From: Candidatus Poseidoniales archaeon
GTDB taxonomy: Archaea > Thermoplasmatota > Poseidoniia > Poseidoniales > Poseidoniaceae
Assembly (NCBI GenBank): GCA_019651595.1
Contig: BOYQ01000003.1
Span: 222,423 to 286,422 of the forward strand
Length of the DNA stretch: 64,000 nt
Reading direction: 5' to 3'
Part shown: positions 20,481 to 30,114 of the stretch, piece by piece
Numbering within the stretch: position 1 is the first letter of the stretch
Layout: each line of letters starts with the position of its first letter
The notes under the pieces: model-generated
Database searches by the model: none
Told to the model about the DNA's origin: nothing
Seen by the model: only the letters and a program-made list of their open reading frames with translations
Made by a program: the position numbers and the translations under genes

Positions 20481-21674
20481 ATGCCTCGGCTTGCTCCCCG
20501 AATCATGGTCGATGTCGCCGTTGTCGGTGCAGGGCAAACCAAGTACGGTAATCATGCGGCGGGTCTCAAAGGCATGTGGGCTGAAGCCGCCTCCAAGGCG
20601 TTTGCCAGCATTGATGGGGACTTCGAACCGTCGGCGATTGATGAAGCGTTCATTGGAAGCATTGCGTTTGGCGGAGCACAACTCGGCAACACCGCAGCCT
20701 TGCTCACGGAGCATTCGGCCATGGACGGCATCCCTGTGCGCCGGGTGGAAAACGCCTGTGCGTCCTCGGGCTTTGCTCTGCGTGATGCTTGGATGGCCAT
20801 CAAGAGCGGCCAGGCTGACATTGTTGTGGCCGGTGGTATCGAGAAAATGAACGATTTGACAGCTGAACGTAAGCGGTATTGGCTCGGGGTGTCGGGTGAT
20901 ACGGAGTGGGAACGACTGGCTGGTTTGACCTTCCCCGGCACGTACGCGTTGATGGCCCGTCGATATTTCCACGAGTTCGATGCCACCCACGATGACCTCG
21001 TTCACGTGAGCGTGAAGAACCACCTTCACGGGTCGATGAACCCCGTTGCTCACATCCAAAAAGAAGTGAGTTTTGAGAAAGCCGCCGGTGGCTTCATGGT
21101 CGCTGATCCGCTCACGCTCTACGACTGTTGCCCAACCTCCGATGGTGCTTCTTGCGTGGTCCTGGCGGCCGACCACGTCGCTCGAAAACTCACCGATGCT
21201 CCGGTCTGGGTCAGGGGCTCAGGAGCCGCCTCGGATCATTTGGCGCTGCATGACCGCCCGAGTATCACCCAACTCAAGGCCACCCAGATGGCCGCTTCCA
21301 AAGCCTACGGCATGGCCGGCCTCCATGCGCAGGACATCGACATGGCCGAGGTTCACGACTGTTTCACCATCGCTGAGGTTCTTGCAACGGAAGATCTTGG
21401 GTTTGCCGCCCGAGGTGAAGGTGGCCTGTTCGCTCGAAACGCTGAAGGACGCTTGAATGAAGGTCAGACGACCATCAATTCCAGCGGCGGTCTCAAGTCC
21501 AAAGGACACCCGCTCGGCGCCACCGGAACGGGGCAAGTGGTTGAGGTGTTCAAGCAACTCCGGGGCCAAGCCGGGACGAAGCGTCAGGTTCGTGATGCAG
21601 AAACGGCTCTCACCCACAACGTGGGTGGCTCCGGGGCCACGTGCGCCGTTCACGTCTTCGGGAGGGACCGCTGA
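20481..21674 (+). CDS. acetyl-CoA C-acetyltransferase (archaeal / SCP-x-type thiolase)
   Basis: Thiolase fold: …VENACASSG… active-site Cys, …GHPLGATG… C-terminal motif. The start may be the internal Met at 20505. Confidence 0.85.
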   Translation: MPRLAPRIMVDVAVVGAGQTKYGNHAAGLKGMWAEAASKAFASIDGDFEPSAIDEAFIGSIAFGGAQLGNTAALLTEHSAMDGIPVRRVENACASSGFALRDAWMAIKSGQADIVVAGGIEKMNDLTAERKRYWLGVSGDTEWERLAGLTFPGTYALMARRYFHEFDATHDDLVHVSVKNHLHGSMNPVAHIQKEVSFEKAAGGFMVADPLTLYDCCPTSDGASCVVLAADHVARKLTDAPVWVRGSGAASDHLALHDRPSITQLKATQMAASKAYGMAGLHAQDIDMAEVHDCFTIAEVLATEDLGFAARGEGGLFARNAEGRLNEGQTTINSSGGLKSKGHPLGATGTGQVVEVFKQLRGQAGTKRQVRDAETALTHNVGGSGATCAVHVFGRDR

Positions 21675-22480
21675 TGACGGCCCAAGTCTGGATGGGGTAC
21701 TTGGTCGACGCCCAGGAAGATTTCACCGTGATTCAATCTCCCTTTGTCCTCAACGGTTCGAGGGTCTACGGAGCGGACAGTGATGCCACCACCCTGGCGG
21801 TCGCTGGTATGCTTCACCGACTGCGTTCAGAATCCGTTTCTTCGGTGACTGCGCCAGACGGTATTGACACCGTGAGTTTCGCTGGGGCGACCGGCGTACC
21901 ACATCATTCAGAGGACGCGACAGATGAGGCACCCTGGGATTTGCTGGTGGGTGATGAAGCCACGGTGGTGTTGGCTCGTCAAGGCGCCACCGTTGAGTTG
22001 ACCGCGCTGGACGTCGAAATCGATGTTGACGCTGATTTTCATCAAGCCATGGAAGCCGCATGGGCCGCAGAGCAGTCGACCTTTCATGTCAGCCAAGGCG
22101 CTTACGTGTCAAGGGCCCAGTACGAAGAAGCGGCTTCCTCCAGACTCTCCCTTCAGGGTCAGGCGTCCGTGGACACGGTGGTCTGGCCTCCCCGATACAC
22201 GTACATGGTGGACGGGAACGAAGCACAACCGCGCCGTCTCCAACGCACGGGCAAGTTGCTTTCTTGGACCACCCTCTCTGCGGCCGGTGCACCCTCGGAA
22301 TTTTCACTACGTGCGCCCCTCCTCGGTGGCATTAGCACGGTGTTTCTCCAGCTCGATGACGGGCCAAAAGGCGTGTTTTTGGCGGTGGAGATGAAACACC
22401 GGCGTTCGGTATGGATGTTCCCATGGAACTCGTTTTCCGCCGACTGTACGCTCAAGAGGGGTTCATCCGATACGGCTTGA
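21674..22480 (+). CDS. DUF35-like (OB-fold) thiolase partner protein, with an unusually long N-terminal region
   Basis: ATGA overlap with the thiolase stop. The C-terminal part (…YTYMVDGNEAQPRRLQRTGKLLSWTTL…GGISTVFLQLDDGPKGVFL…) resembles the DUF35 OB-fold that accompanies archaeal thiolase/HMGCS. Confidence 0.5.
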   Translation: MTAQVWMGYLVDAQEDFTVIQSPFVLNGSRVYGADSDATTLAVAGMLHRLRSESVSSVTAPDGIDTVSFAGATGVPHHSEDATDEAPWDLLVGDEATVVLARQGATVELTALDVEIDVDADFHQAMEAAWAAEQSTFHVSQGAYVSRAQYEEAASSRLSLQGQASVDTVVWPPRYTYMVDGNEAQPRRLQRTGKLLSWTTLSAAGAPSEFSLRAPLLGGISTVFLQLDDGPKGVFLAVEMKHRRSVWMFPWNSFSADCTLKRGSSDTA

Positions 22481-22539
22481 AAGCACGGACCATAACGGAC
22501 TAACAAAGCATTCATAGAAAGCAAAGTCCAGCACCCGAC

Positions 22540-23556
22540 ATGGCAGGCTTTGGCGGGTTGCGGAAAGGCAGACAGGAAGCCCGTGACAACCTCGCATACA
22601 CTGAAGGTGGCGACTGTCCCCGGTGCGGTGGTGGCGCTCAAGATTCGAGCATGGCCGGTTACCTGCAATGCTCTTCTTGCGGTCATGAATGGGCCGACCC
22701 CAACTACAAGGAAACGAGGAAGCGACCTGCACCTCCGACGCACCGTCGGGACGCCGAGATGATCGAGCAATTCAAGCAAGAGATGGCTTCGGGTGAACTG
22801 GCCAACGTGTTGGGGATCAACAAGAACCTCTCAGGTGAGCAAGAGCAGTCGTTGAAGCGACTGGAGGACAAGTGGATGAGTGGCATGCAAGGCCACTACA
22901 ACGCCGCAGCGGAGGAACGCAAACCGTTGATGATCAGTTTTGATGACGATGACAACATCCTCTCGACCGAGGTGGCCGCCATCACCATCGTCTCGAACGG
23001 GTTTGACGGCGGCGAGGAAATTCGGCTTGAATATCCCGGCCGCGGTACCGAATTTTATGCCTACAACGAACGAAGCCCCACGGGGTGGAAGCGCGGACCC
23101 AACGCGGAATCCACTGCCCGTTCCATTGCCAGCGTCATCAATCGTTCCTCCCGACTGGTTTACGCCAACCTCGAAGGGACTCGAATTTCCTTTGAACTGC
23201 GCGACGAATCTTTGAACGCAGCCTCCTTCGTGATTTTTGTTGACGACCCTGGTGGCACCGACATCGTGGCAGAAAAAGGCGGTGTGGTCTTGGATCACCG
23301 GGACTTCTCCACCATCCAAGATTATCGGAATGTCGTGGAAATGGTGCTTGAGGACGGTATCATTTCACCCAGCGAAGACCAACTCCTCTGGGCCATGCGA
23401 GAACAGTTGAACATCGACGAGGCCTATCACATCCAGATGGTCATGGACATCTGCGGTGAGAACACCCTCAAGGAATGCACCTCGTGCGGGGGCATGGCTG
23501 AACTTTATCCCGAGCACGCTGCATGGTATTGCCACGCTTGCGAAGCGTGGTGTTGA
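22540..23556 (+). CDS. hypothetical protein with N- and C-terminal C4 zinc ribbons
   Basis: N-terminal CPRCGG…CSSCGH. C-terminal CTSCGG…CHACEAWC. The central ~250 aa match nothing I recognise. Confidence 0.5.
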   Translation: MAGFGGLRKGRQEARDNLAYTEGGDCPRCGGGAQDSSMAGYLQCSSCGHEWADPNYKETRKRPAPPTHRRDAEMIEQFKQEMASGELANVLGINKNLSGEQEQSLKRLEDKWMSGMQGHYNAAAEERKPLMISFDDDDNILSTEVAAITIVSNGFDGGEEIRLEYPGRGTEFYAYNERSPTGWKRGPNAESTARSIASVINRSSRLVYANLEGTRISFELRDESLNAASFVIFVDDPGGTDIVAEKGGVVLDHRDFSTIQDYRNVVEMVLEDGIISPSEDQLLWAMREQLNIDEAYHIQMVMDICGENTLKECTSCGGMAELYPEHAAWYCHACEAWC

Positions 23557-23681
23557 AGATGAAATGGCCTCCCTTAGCATCCTTCTATAGAACCCAAGAA
23601 TCATGGCTCGCAGAATGCCTGCAATCATGAATGTGGGCACTCTTCATAAAGTGAAGCGGTATCCGAAAGACGGTTACGCCT

Positions 23682-24707
23682 ATGGCAAAAGACGTGTTGT
23701 ATATTGGAATTGACTTGGGAACCTTCCGTTCGGTGATGGTCTCCTCCGACAGTCACGAAGTGGAAGAATTGACGGTCATTGGAACACCCAAAGACCCCAT
23801 CGCTCGCAACTTCCTGAAGCGAGACGTCCTGTTTGGCAACGAGGCCCTGAAGAATCGCTTGGCTCTGAACCTTTACCGCCCGCTTGAGCTCGGTGTCATC
23901 AAGGACACGCCCGAAGACCGAGAGTTCATCGCTCACTTCATCACCCATCTCATCGGTCTTTCCGACCCCGAGGAATACGACCGTGTCGTGGCCGTGATCG
24001 GTGCACCTGCTGAGGCCAGCCACGTCGATAAGACCGCCATCTTTGATGCTGCTGCCGGATCGGTCAACTCCGCCATGATCATCTCTGAACCGTTTGCTGT
24101 CGCCTATGCGCTTGATATGATCACCCACACCCTCGTCATTGACATTGGCGCCGGAACCACTGACTTGTGCCGCGTCTACGGCACCATCCCTGGCCCCGGC
24201 GACCAAATGCACACCGGCTACGCAGGTGACTACGTCGACAACGCTCTCATCAAGGAGATTCAATCCAAGTACAACGGCGCACAAATCACCAAAGACATGG
24301 CCCGTCGATGGAAGGAGCAGTTCTCCTTTGTTTCCACGGCAGCCCCTGACGAACCCGTGCTGGTGGACTTTTCGATTGAAGGGAAAGCCATGACCTTGGA
24401 CATCACGGACTGCATGCAAGCGGCCTGCGAATCCATCGTTGACCCCATTGTTGAGAACGTCAAGAAACTCATCGCTGGTTCAAATCCAGAATACCACGAC
24501 GAGTTCCGCAAGAACATGGTCCTTGCCGGCGGCGGTTCCTCCATCAAGGGTCTCGGCGCCCTCATTGAGCGCCGTCTTTCTGACATGGGCGACGTCAACG
24601 TCCACGTGGTGGATGACCCGGTTCGATTGGGTGCCATGGGCGGTCTTCGTCTGGCCATGGAAGTTCCCGAAGACATGTGGAAGAACCTGACGCTCGCCTC
24701 CCGCTGA
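23682..24707 (+). CDS. actin-like ATPase (MreB/MamK/Ta0583-type, ASKHA superfamily)
   Basis: Phosphate-1 IGIDLGTFRS. Phosphate-2 VIDIGAGTTD. Adenosine motif VLAGGGSSI. Confidence 0.7.
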   Translation: MAKDVLYIGIDLGTFRSVMVSSDSHEVEELTVIGTPKDPIARNFLKRDVLFGNEALKNRLALNLYRPLELGVIKDTPEDREFIAHFITHLIGLSDPEEYDRVVAVIGAPAEASHVDKTAIFDAAAGSVNSAMIISEPFAVAYALDMITHTLVIDIGAGTTDLCRVYGTIPGPGDQMHTGYAGDYVDNALIKEIQSKYNGAQITKDMARRWKEQFSFVSTAAPDEPVLVDFSIEGKAMTLDITDCMQAACESIVDPIVENVKKLIAGSNPEYHDEFRKNMVLAGGGSSIKGLGALIERRLSDMGDVNVHVVDDPVRLGAMGGLRLAMEVPEDMWKNLTLASR

Positions 24708-24723
24708 GGAATCAGGCCTGAAT

Positions 24724-25335
24724 TTGGCCGCTGTTGGCGGCATCGATTTGGTAGAAACCATCTTTGACCCTGCGCAAGCATCCTCCATCATGCCAAAAGT
24801 TAGCACCGGGGATAACGCACCAGCCCTCGTTTTACCAGCCATTGACGGAAGCACGTTCGACATGCAATCCGTTCGTGGAAAGAAAGTGATTCTCACGTTT
24901 TTCCGATTTTCGACCTGCCCGCTGTGCAACATGCGGATACGAAAGATCAAACAGCGGTGGAATGAATTTTCACAGGACACCGTCATGGTTGGCGTGTTTG
25001 ATGCGACCATCGCCGACCTTACGAAACGCATGAAAAAACACGACGTCCCGTTTACCATCGTGGCCGACGAATCTTATGCTGCGTTCGAATCCAACGGCGT
25101 CACGAAATCGTTTGCCAAGTTCATGTGGGGAGCTGCCAAATCCCCCCTTACGCTTCTTCAAGCAACCTTGAGGGGCTACGTCCCGTTGACGATGTCCATT
25201 GGAAAACTGTCCACCATACCCGTCGACATTCTCATCGATGAGAACGGTCGTGTCGTCGACGCTCATTACTGCAAGGACACGGCGGACCATATGTCGCTTG
25301 ACCGAATGATCGCTTTCTCAAACGGAACGCTCTGA
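24724..25335 (+). CDS. thioredoxin-fold redoxin (AhpC/TSA-like) with a CxxC motif
   Basis: …KKVILTFFRFSTCPLCNMRI… redoxin signature. The start may be the internal Met at 24790. Confidence 0.55.
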   Translation: MAAVGGIDLVETIFDPAQASSIMPKVSTGDNAPALVLPAIDGSTFDMQSVRGKKVILTFFRFSTCPLCNMRIRKIKQRWNEFSQDTVMVGVFDATIADLTKRMKKHDVPFTIVADESYAAFESNGVTKSFAKFMWGAAKSPLTLLQATLRGYVPLTMSIGKLSTIPVDILIDENGRVVDAHYCKDTADHMSLDRMIAFSNGTL

Positions 25336-25361
25336 TTGGACAACAACGTTGGTGCCTGTGC

Positions 25362-26021
25362 TCAGGCGTTTCCGGCTTTCTCAACCTCGGCCCAATCACG
25401 CATGAAGCCTTCCAGACCGCGGTCGGTCAAGGGGTGGCTCATCAGCTGGCGGAAGGTCTTCGCCGGCATGGTAGCGGTGTGCGCACCCAGTTGGATGCAC
25501 TGGAGAACGTGCGTCGGGTGGCGGACCGATGCTGCGAGAACTTTGGTGTCAAGGTCGTAATTGGCCCACGTGTTCATGATTTCAGCAATGAGTTCCATGC
25601 CGTCGTGGCCGGTGTCGTCAATTCGCCCGATAAACGGTGATACGTACGTGGCACCGGCTTTGGCAGCCATGAGCGCTTGAGAGGCCGAGAAGATGAGGGT
25701 GACGTTGGTGTCGATGCCTTCCTCCGTGAGAATCTTCGTTGCAGCAAGCCCTTCGGGCGTGCACGGAATTTTGATGATCACGTTTTCCGGAAGTTCTGCC
25801 TTGAGCGCTCGCCCTTGGTCCACCATCCCCGCCGTGTCCATGGCGGTCACCTCGGCCGAAATTGGGCCGGAGCAGATGCCTGCGATTTCTCGAACCACTT
25901 CTTTGAAGTCCCGGCCCGACTTCTTGATGAGCGACGGGTTGGTCGTTACACCGTCAAGAATGCCCCAGGCGGCAATTTCTCGAATTTCATCGACGTCGGC
26001 TGTATCCAGGAAGAACTCCAT
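25362..26021 (-). CDS. fsa: transaldolase / fructose-6-phosphate aldolase (Fsa-type, ~217 aa)
   Basis: [16 protein letters not shown]…GVTTNPSLI… and an active-site Lys region. Confidence 0.9.
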   Translation of the reverse strand: MEFFLDTADVDEIREIAAWGILDGVTTNPSLIKKSGRDFKEVVREIAGICSGPISAEVTAMDTAGMVDQGRALKAELPENVIIKIPCTPEGLAATKILTEEGIDTNVTLIFSASQALMAAKAGATYVSPFIGRIDDTGHDGMELIAEIMNTWANYDLDTKVLAASVRHPTHVLQCIQLGAHTATMPAKTFRQLMSHPLTDRGLEGFMRDWAEVEKAGNA

Positions 26022-26081
26022 GGTGCTTGTTCGACGAAGAGATTCTATGAACTCTCCCCTGCGGAGAAGAACGGCTGTGAA

Positions 26082-27017
26082 TCACTTGCGTGCAACGGCC
26101 CGTTTGGCAGCCTCGCCGATATAGGGTGCCGAAATTTGCATGACGTCAAGCATTTCATCGGCTTGCCCTGATTCACCGAACCGGTCCTGCACACCGACCC
26201 GTTCCAACGGAGCGTAATGATTTGAAGTCAGGTGTTCAGCCACGGCACCGCCAAGCCCGCCGATGACGCTGTGGTCCTCAGCGGTAACAATGGCCCCGCA
26301 GTTCGCCACAAGTTGGTCAACCAAATCGCCGTCGAGCGGTTTGAGGGTGTGCATGTCCACCACGGTGGCTTCAATGCCTTCCGCCGCCAAGGTTTCGGCG
26401 GCTTTGAGCGATTCCGACACCATGACGCCGCATGCTACGATGGCGACGTCGGCTCCCTCTCTGAGAACGACGCCCTTGCCGATTTCGATTTCACTCTCAC
26501 GTCCTTCGTACAGCACCGGTGTTTTGTTTCGGGCCGTGCGCGTGTAGGAGGGAGAACCGCTGGCAGCGAGTTGGACGGTTAACAACCTGGTCGATACAAC
26601 ATCGCTTGGATGAAGCACGATCACGTTTGGTAGCGTGCGATAAATGGCCAAGTCCTCAATGGATTGAGCGGAGGAGCCGTCCGTCCCGGTGTGGGTCCCG
26701 CCGTGACTCCCACAAACGTGAACGGCCAAGTTTGGCCGGGCAACACCGTTCCGCATTTGCTCGAAGGCTCGCTCGGTAAAGATGGCGAACGTGCTCGCAA
26801 ACGGTATGTAGCCTGAGGCGGCCAACCCTGCACCGACAAGCAGCATGTTTTGTTCGCCGATACCGCAGGAAACGGTTCGCTCAGGATGGGCTTTCCGAAA
26901 GTGGAGCGATTTGGTGGATTTTCCGAGATCCGCCTCGAGCACGACAACTTTTGGATTGTCTGCCAGCTCAAGAAGTGCTTCGCCGTAGCCGTCTCGGGTT
27001 GCGGCCATCTTCGTCAT
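26082..27017 (-). CDS. transketolase, C-terminal (pyrimidine-binding) subunit
   Basis: …RDGYGEAL…, …FASTFAIF…. Follows the N-terminal subunit gene with overlapping stop/start. Confidence 0.9.
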   Translation of the reverse strand: MTKMAATRDGYGEALLELADNPKVVVLEADLGKSTKSLHFRKAHPERTVSCGIGEQNMLLVGAGLAASGYIPFASTFAIFTERAFEQMRNGVARPNLAVHVCGSHGGTHTGTDGSSAQSIEDLAIYRTLPNVIVLHPSDVVSTRLLTVQLAASGSPSYTRTARNKTPVLYEGRESEIEIGKGVVLREGADVAIVACGVMVSESLKAAETLAAEGIEATVVDMHTLKPLDGDLVDQLVANCGAIVTAEDHSVIGGLGGAVAEHLTSNHYAPLERVGVQDRFGESGQADEMLDVMQISAPYIGEAAKRAVARK

Positions 27018-27838
27018 GCGACCACCTCGCCGAGTTCAGCCATGGCCTGTGCGTATTGTTCATCGTTGGGCGCTGCGCCGTGGAAGGCTGGGTTGTCCGC
27101 CATGAACGAAACACCGTGTCCTTTGACGGTGTGGGCGATGAGGATGGAGGGGCCGTCGTTGGTCGACGAGAGGAAATTGAGCCCGTCAACGACCTCGTCC
27201 ATGTTGTGGCCGTCGATCTCTTTGACGTTCCATCCAAAAGCCTTCCATTTTGCGGGGATGTCAAACATTCGCATCTGGGCCTCACAAAAGTCGTCGTTCT
27301 GGATTCGATTGCGGTCAAGAATGACATTGAGGTTGCCTAATTCGTGATGCGTGGCGGCCATGGCTGCCTCCCAGACGCTGCCTTCTTGGATTTCCCCGTC
27401 GCCCAGCATAACGTAGACTTGACGTTCGCTGCCGGCCAGCCTGCCAGCGATGGCGGAACCCATGCCGAACGAAAGCCCCATGCCCAGGGAACCTGCAGAG
27501 AAATCCACGCCTGGGCACCACTTCATGTCCACGTGGCCCTGGCAGACGCCTCCAAGGACCCGGTAGGACTCAAGGTCTTCAACGGTGATGAACCCCATCT
27601 CCGCCAAAATAGCGTACATGCCGGGTGAGGCGTGGCCCTTGGACAGGATGAACCGGTCCCGGTCGTCCCAGTCCGGTTCATCTGGACGGACTCGGAGCGT
27701 TGTTTTGTAAAGGCCGACGAGAAGGTCGATTTCCGAGAGCGAACCTCCCGGATGACCGGCTTGCGCACGATGGACCATGTTCACGATGTGGACTCGACAT
27801 TTTCGTGCAAGTTCTCGTAATTCGTCCGTCGTTGTCAT
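27014..27838 (-). CDS. transketolase, N-terminal (TPP-binding) subunit
   Basis: …AGHPGGSLS… and …GDGE.QEGSVWEA… TPP motif. Confidence 0.9.
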   Translation of the reverse strand: MTTTDELRELARKCRVHIVNMVHRAQAGHPGGSLSEIDLLVGLYKTTLRVRPDEPDWDDRDRFILSKGHASPGMYAILAEMGFITVEDLESYRVLGGVCQGHVDMKWCPGVDFSAGSLGMGLSFGMGSAIAGRLAGSERQVYVMLGDGEIQEGSVWEAAMAATHHELGNLNVILDRNRIQNDDFCEAQMRMFDIPAKWKAFGWNVKEIDGHNMDEVVDGLNFLSSTNDGPSILIAHTVKGHGVSFMADNPAFHGAAPNDEQYAQAMAELGEVVA

Positions 27839-27913
27839 GGCCTCACCAGCAGGTGCAGGCCTGTGTGGATGGCCTTTGATGGTTGTGCAGGCGGGCGTTG
27901 AGGTTCAGAGGCG

Positions 27914-29962
27914 CTATGGCTGCTTTTTTGGCTGAAGTGCATCCAAGGCGTTCCGCACGGCTTCTGCGGTGATCATCACAGCATCGCCCGCCAAACTACC
28001 GCCTTTCGGCAGGGCTCGAGACGCCAGCCATATGAACACGCCAACGAACCACGCGAAGAACGCAAGGGATAACATGTCGTTGAGCGTTGCGATTCCAAAG
28101 ATCGCAGCAAGGTCAATTTTTGCGACGATGAGCACAGCGATGAACACCCCCATGATGGACTCACCGGCGATGAATCCCGCCCCGATGAGCACGCCACGAC
28201 TCTCAACTTCTTTGGCCGCCTCCACCGCTTGTTCAGATGGCTCTTCTCGTAGTACGCCGTCCACGCGCAGGTGAGCACTTCTCAACATGATGTGCGAAAT
28301 GACACCTCCAACCATGATGGGGACAGACAGGCCGAGCGGGAGATAAATCCCAATGGCGACGCTCATGACGGGCATCTGCAGTCGTATCAGCGCCACCGCA
28401 ATCGCCGCCCCCAAGACCACCATTTGGATGTTCAAGTCGCCGCCGAAGGCACCCTGGACGATGGCGCCGATGAGTTCAGCTTGCGGAGCAAAAAGGGCTT
28501 TCGAACACGTTGGGTCCGAGGGCAGCGGGTTCAACTGGCAGGCTGTTTGTGAAATTCGAAACGCATCGTGAAGCAGCGAAAGAACAGGGCCGATGACCAC
28601 TGCACCGGTCAACACACCAACGATTTCCGCCACCTGCTGTCGCTTTGGTGTTGCACCCAGCATGTGGCCGGTTTTGAGGTCCTGCATCACATCGCCCGCG
28701 ATGGCTGCGCTCGAAGCCACAATGGCAGCGATGAGCAGGGTCGCAAACATCAGGTCGGGTTTGGCCATGCCCAGCATGAGGTCGCCGATCACGTACACCA
28801 AGCCCACGGTGAACAGCAGCGTGGCAATGGTCATCCCCGAAACGGGTGAGTTGGAGGAACCCACAACACCGGCAATATATCCAGCGACAGCGGCGAAAAA
28901 GAAGGCAACGAAGGCCAAGAACAAGGCGCCAGCCAAGGCGAGAATTGGCGATTCCATTGCCCACCAATAGAAGAAGAACGTTGCGAACACCAAAACGCCG
29001 CACACAGTGAACACCCTGTTCATTGGAATGTCTTGTTCGGTGCGGAGCAACACTTGATTCTGGTCGTCGTTTTTGATGAAGGCCTTGGACAGACCGGTGA
29101 TGATGGTCTTTCGCATGGTCCAGAGCGTGTAGATACCACCGACCACCATGGCGCCGACCCCGACGTAGCGAACTTGGGTCGACCAGATGGTGTAGAAGCC
29201 GTCGACAAGGGAACCACCCGCAGGCCAGCCGTAGATCAAGCCGTACATGGGCACGAGAAGGCCAAAGCCCAGGACGCCTCCAAAGAAGATAAAGGATGCA
29301 ATTCGGATGCCGACAATGTAGCCCACCGAGAGCAGGGCCACCGACAAATCCATGCCCGCATAGAGGCGAGTGGAGATAAACGATACAGCGCCTTCAACCG
29401 TGTGGTGCGTCACTTCGAAGCCTTTGACCATGAGGCCGTAGAGGCCGCCGATGCCCAAGGCGTACACGATGGCGAGCGCACCGTCGCCGCCCTCTTCTCC
29501 AGCCACCAGCACTTCACGGCACGCAACACCTTCCGGATAGGGCAGGGCTTCTTCAACGATGAACAACCTCCTCAGGGCGATGGTGAACATGGTGCCAAGC
29601 AACCCCCCGAGGGTGGCGATGATGAGCGTCTCCATCCACTGAATGTTGGTCCATATGTTCATGACCAGCAGGGCTGGTACGGTGAAAATCACACCCGCAG
29701 CCAGTGATTCACCGGCCGAGGCCATCGTTTGCACGGCGTTGTTCTCAAGAATGGAGACGTCTTTGAACATAGAACGGAGGATGATCATCGACATTACGGC
29801 AGCGGGAATGCTGGCTGAGACGGTCATGCCTGCATACAGACCCAAGTAGGCGTTTGCCGCTGTCATGAGCACGCCGAGGACGATGCCGACAATGATGACC
29901 CGTGCCGTTAATTCCATGGGGCTTTCATGAGCGGGAATGTACGGCTCCTGTGTTCCGCTCAT
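27914..29962 (-). CDS. OPT-family oligopeptide transporter
   Basis: 682-aa polytopic membrane protein. Its N-terminus (…NAYLGLYAGMTVSASIPAAVMSM…) matches the OPT superfamily. Confidence 0.8.
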   Translation of the reverse strand: MSGTQEPYIPAHESPMELTARVIIVGIVLGVLMTAANAYLGLYAGMTVSASIPAAVMSMIILRSMFKDVSILENNAVQTMASAGESLAAGVIFTVPALLVMNIWTNIQWMETLIIATLGGLLGTMFTIALRRLFIVEEALPYPEGVACREVLVAGEEGGDGALAIVYALGIGGLYGLMVKGFEVTHHTVEGAVSFISTRLYAGMDLSVALLSVGYIVGIRIASFIFFGGVLGFGLLVPMYGLIYGWPAGGSLVDGFYTIWSTQVRYVGVGAMVVGGIYTLWTMRKTIITGLSKAFIKNDDQNQVLLRTEQDIPMNRVFTVCGVLVFATFFFYWWAMESPILALAGALFLAFVAFFFAAVAGYIAGVVGSSNSPVSGMTIATLLFTVGLVYVIGDLMLGMAKPDLMFATLLIAAIVASSAAIAGDVMQDLKTGHMLGATPKRQQVAEIVGVLTGAVVIGPVLSLLHDAFRISQTACQLNPLPSDPTCSKALFAPQAELIGAIVQGAFGGDLNIQMVVLGAAIAVALIRLQMPVMSVAIGIYLPLGLSVPIMVGGVISHIMLRSAHLRVDGVLREEPSEQAVEAAKEVESRGVLIGAGFIAGESIMGVFIAVLIVAKIDLAAIFGIATLNDMLSLAFFAWFVGVFIWLASRALPKGGSLAGDAVMITAEAVRNALDALQPKKQP

Positions 29963-30114
29963 GGCCTTTCCAATCCGTACCAGTAGGTATAGGCTACGAT
30001 GATTCCGCTTTGTCCCACCGATTCAATGCGCATGGGATAATAGCCGTCATAATAATAGGTGGTAGTGCCGGCCACTGGACTACTCAATACTCTATTGAGG
30101 GGCCGGTGTGGTGA

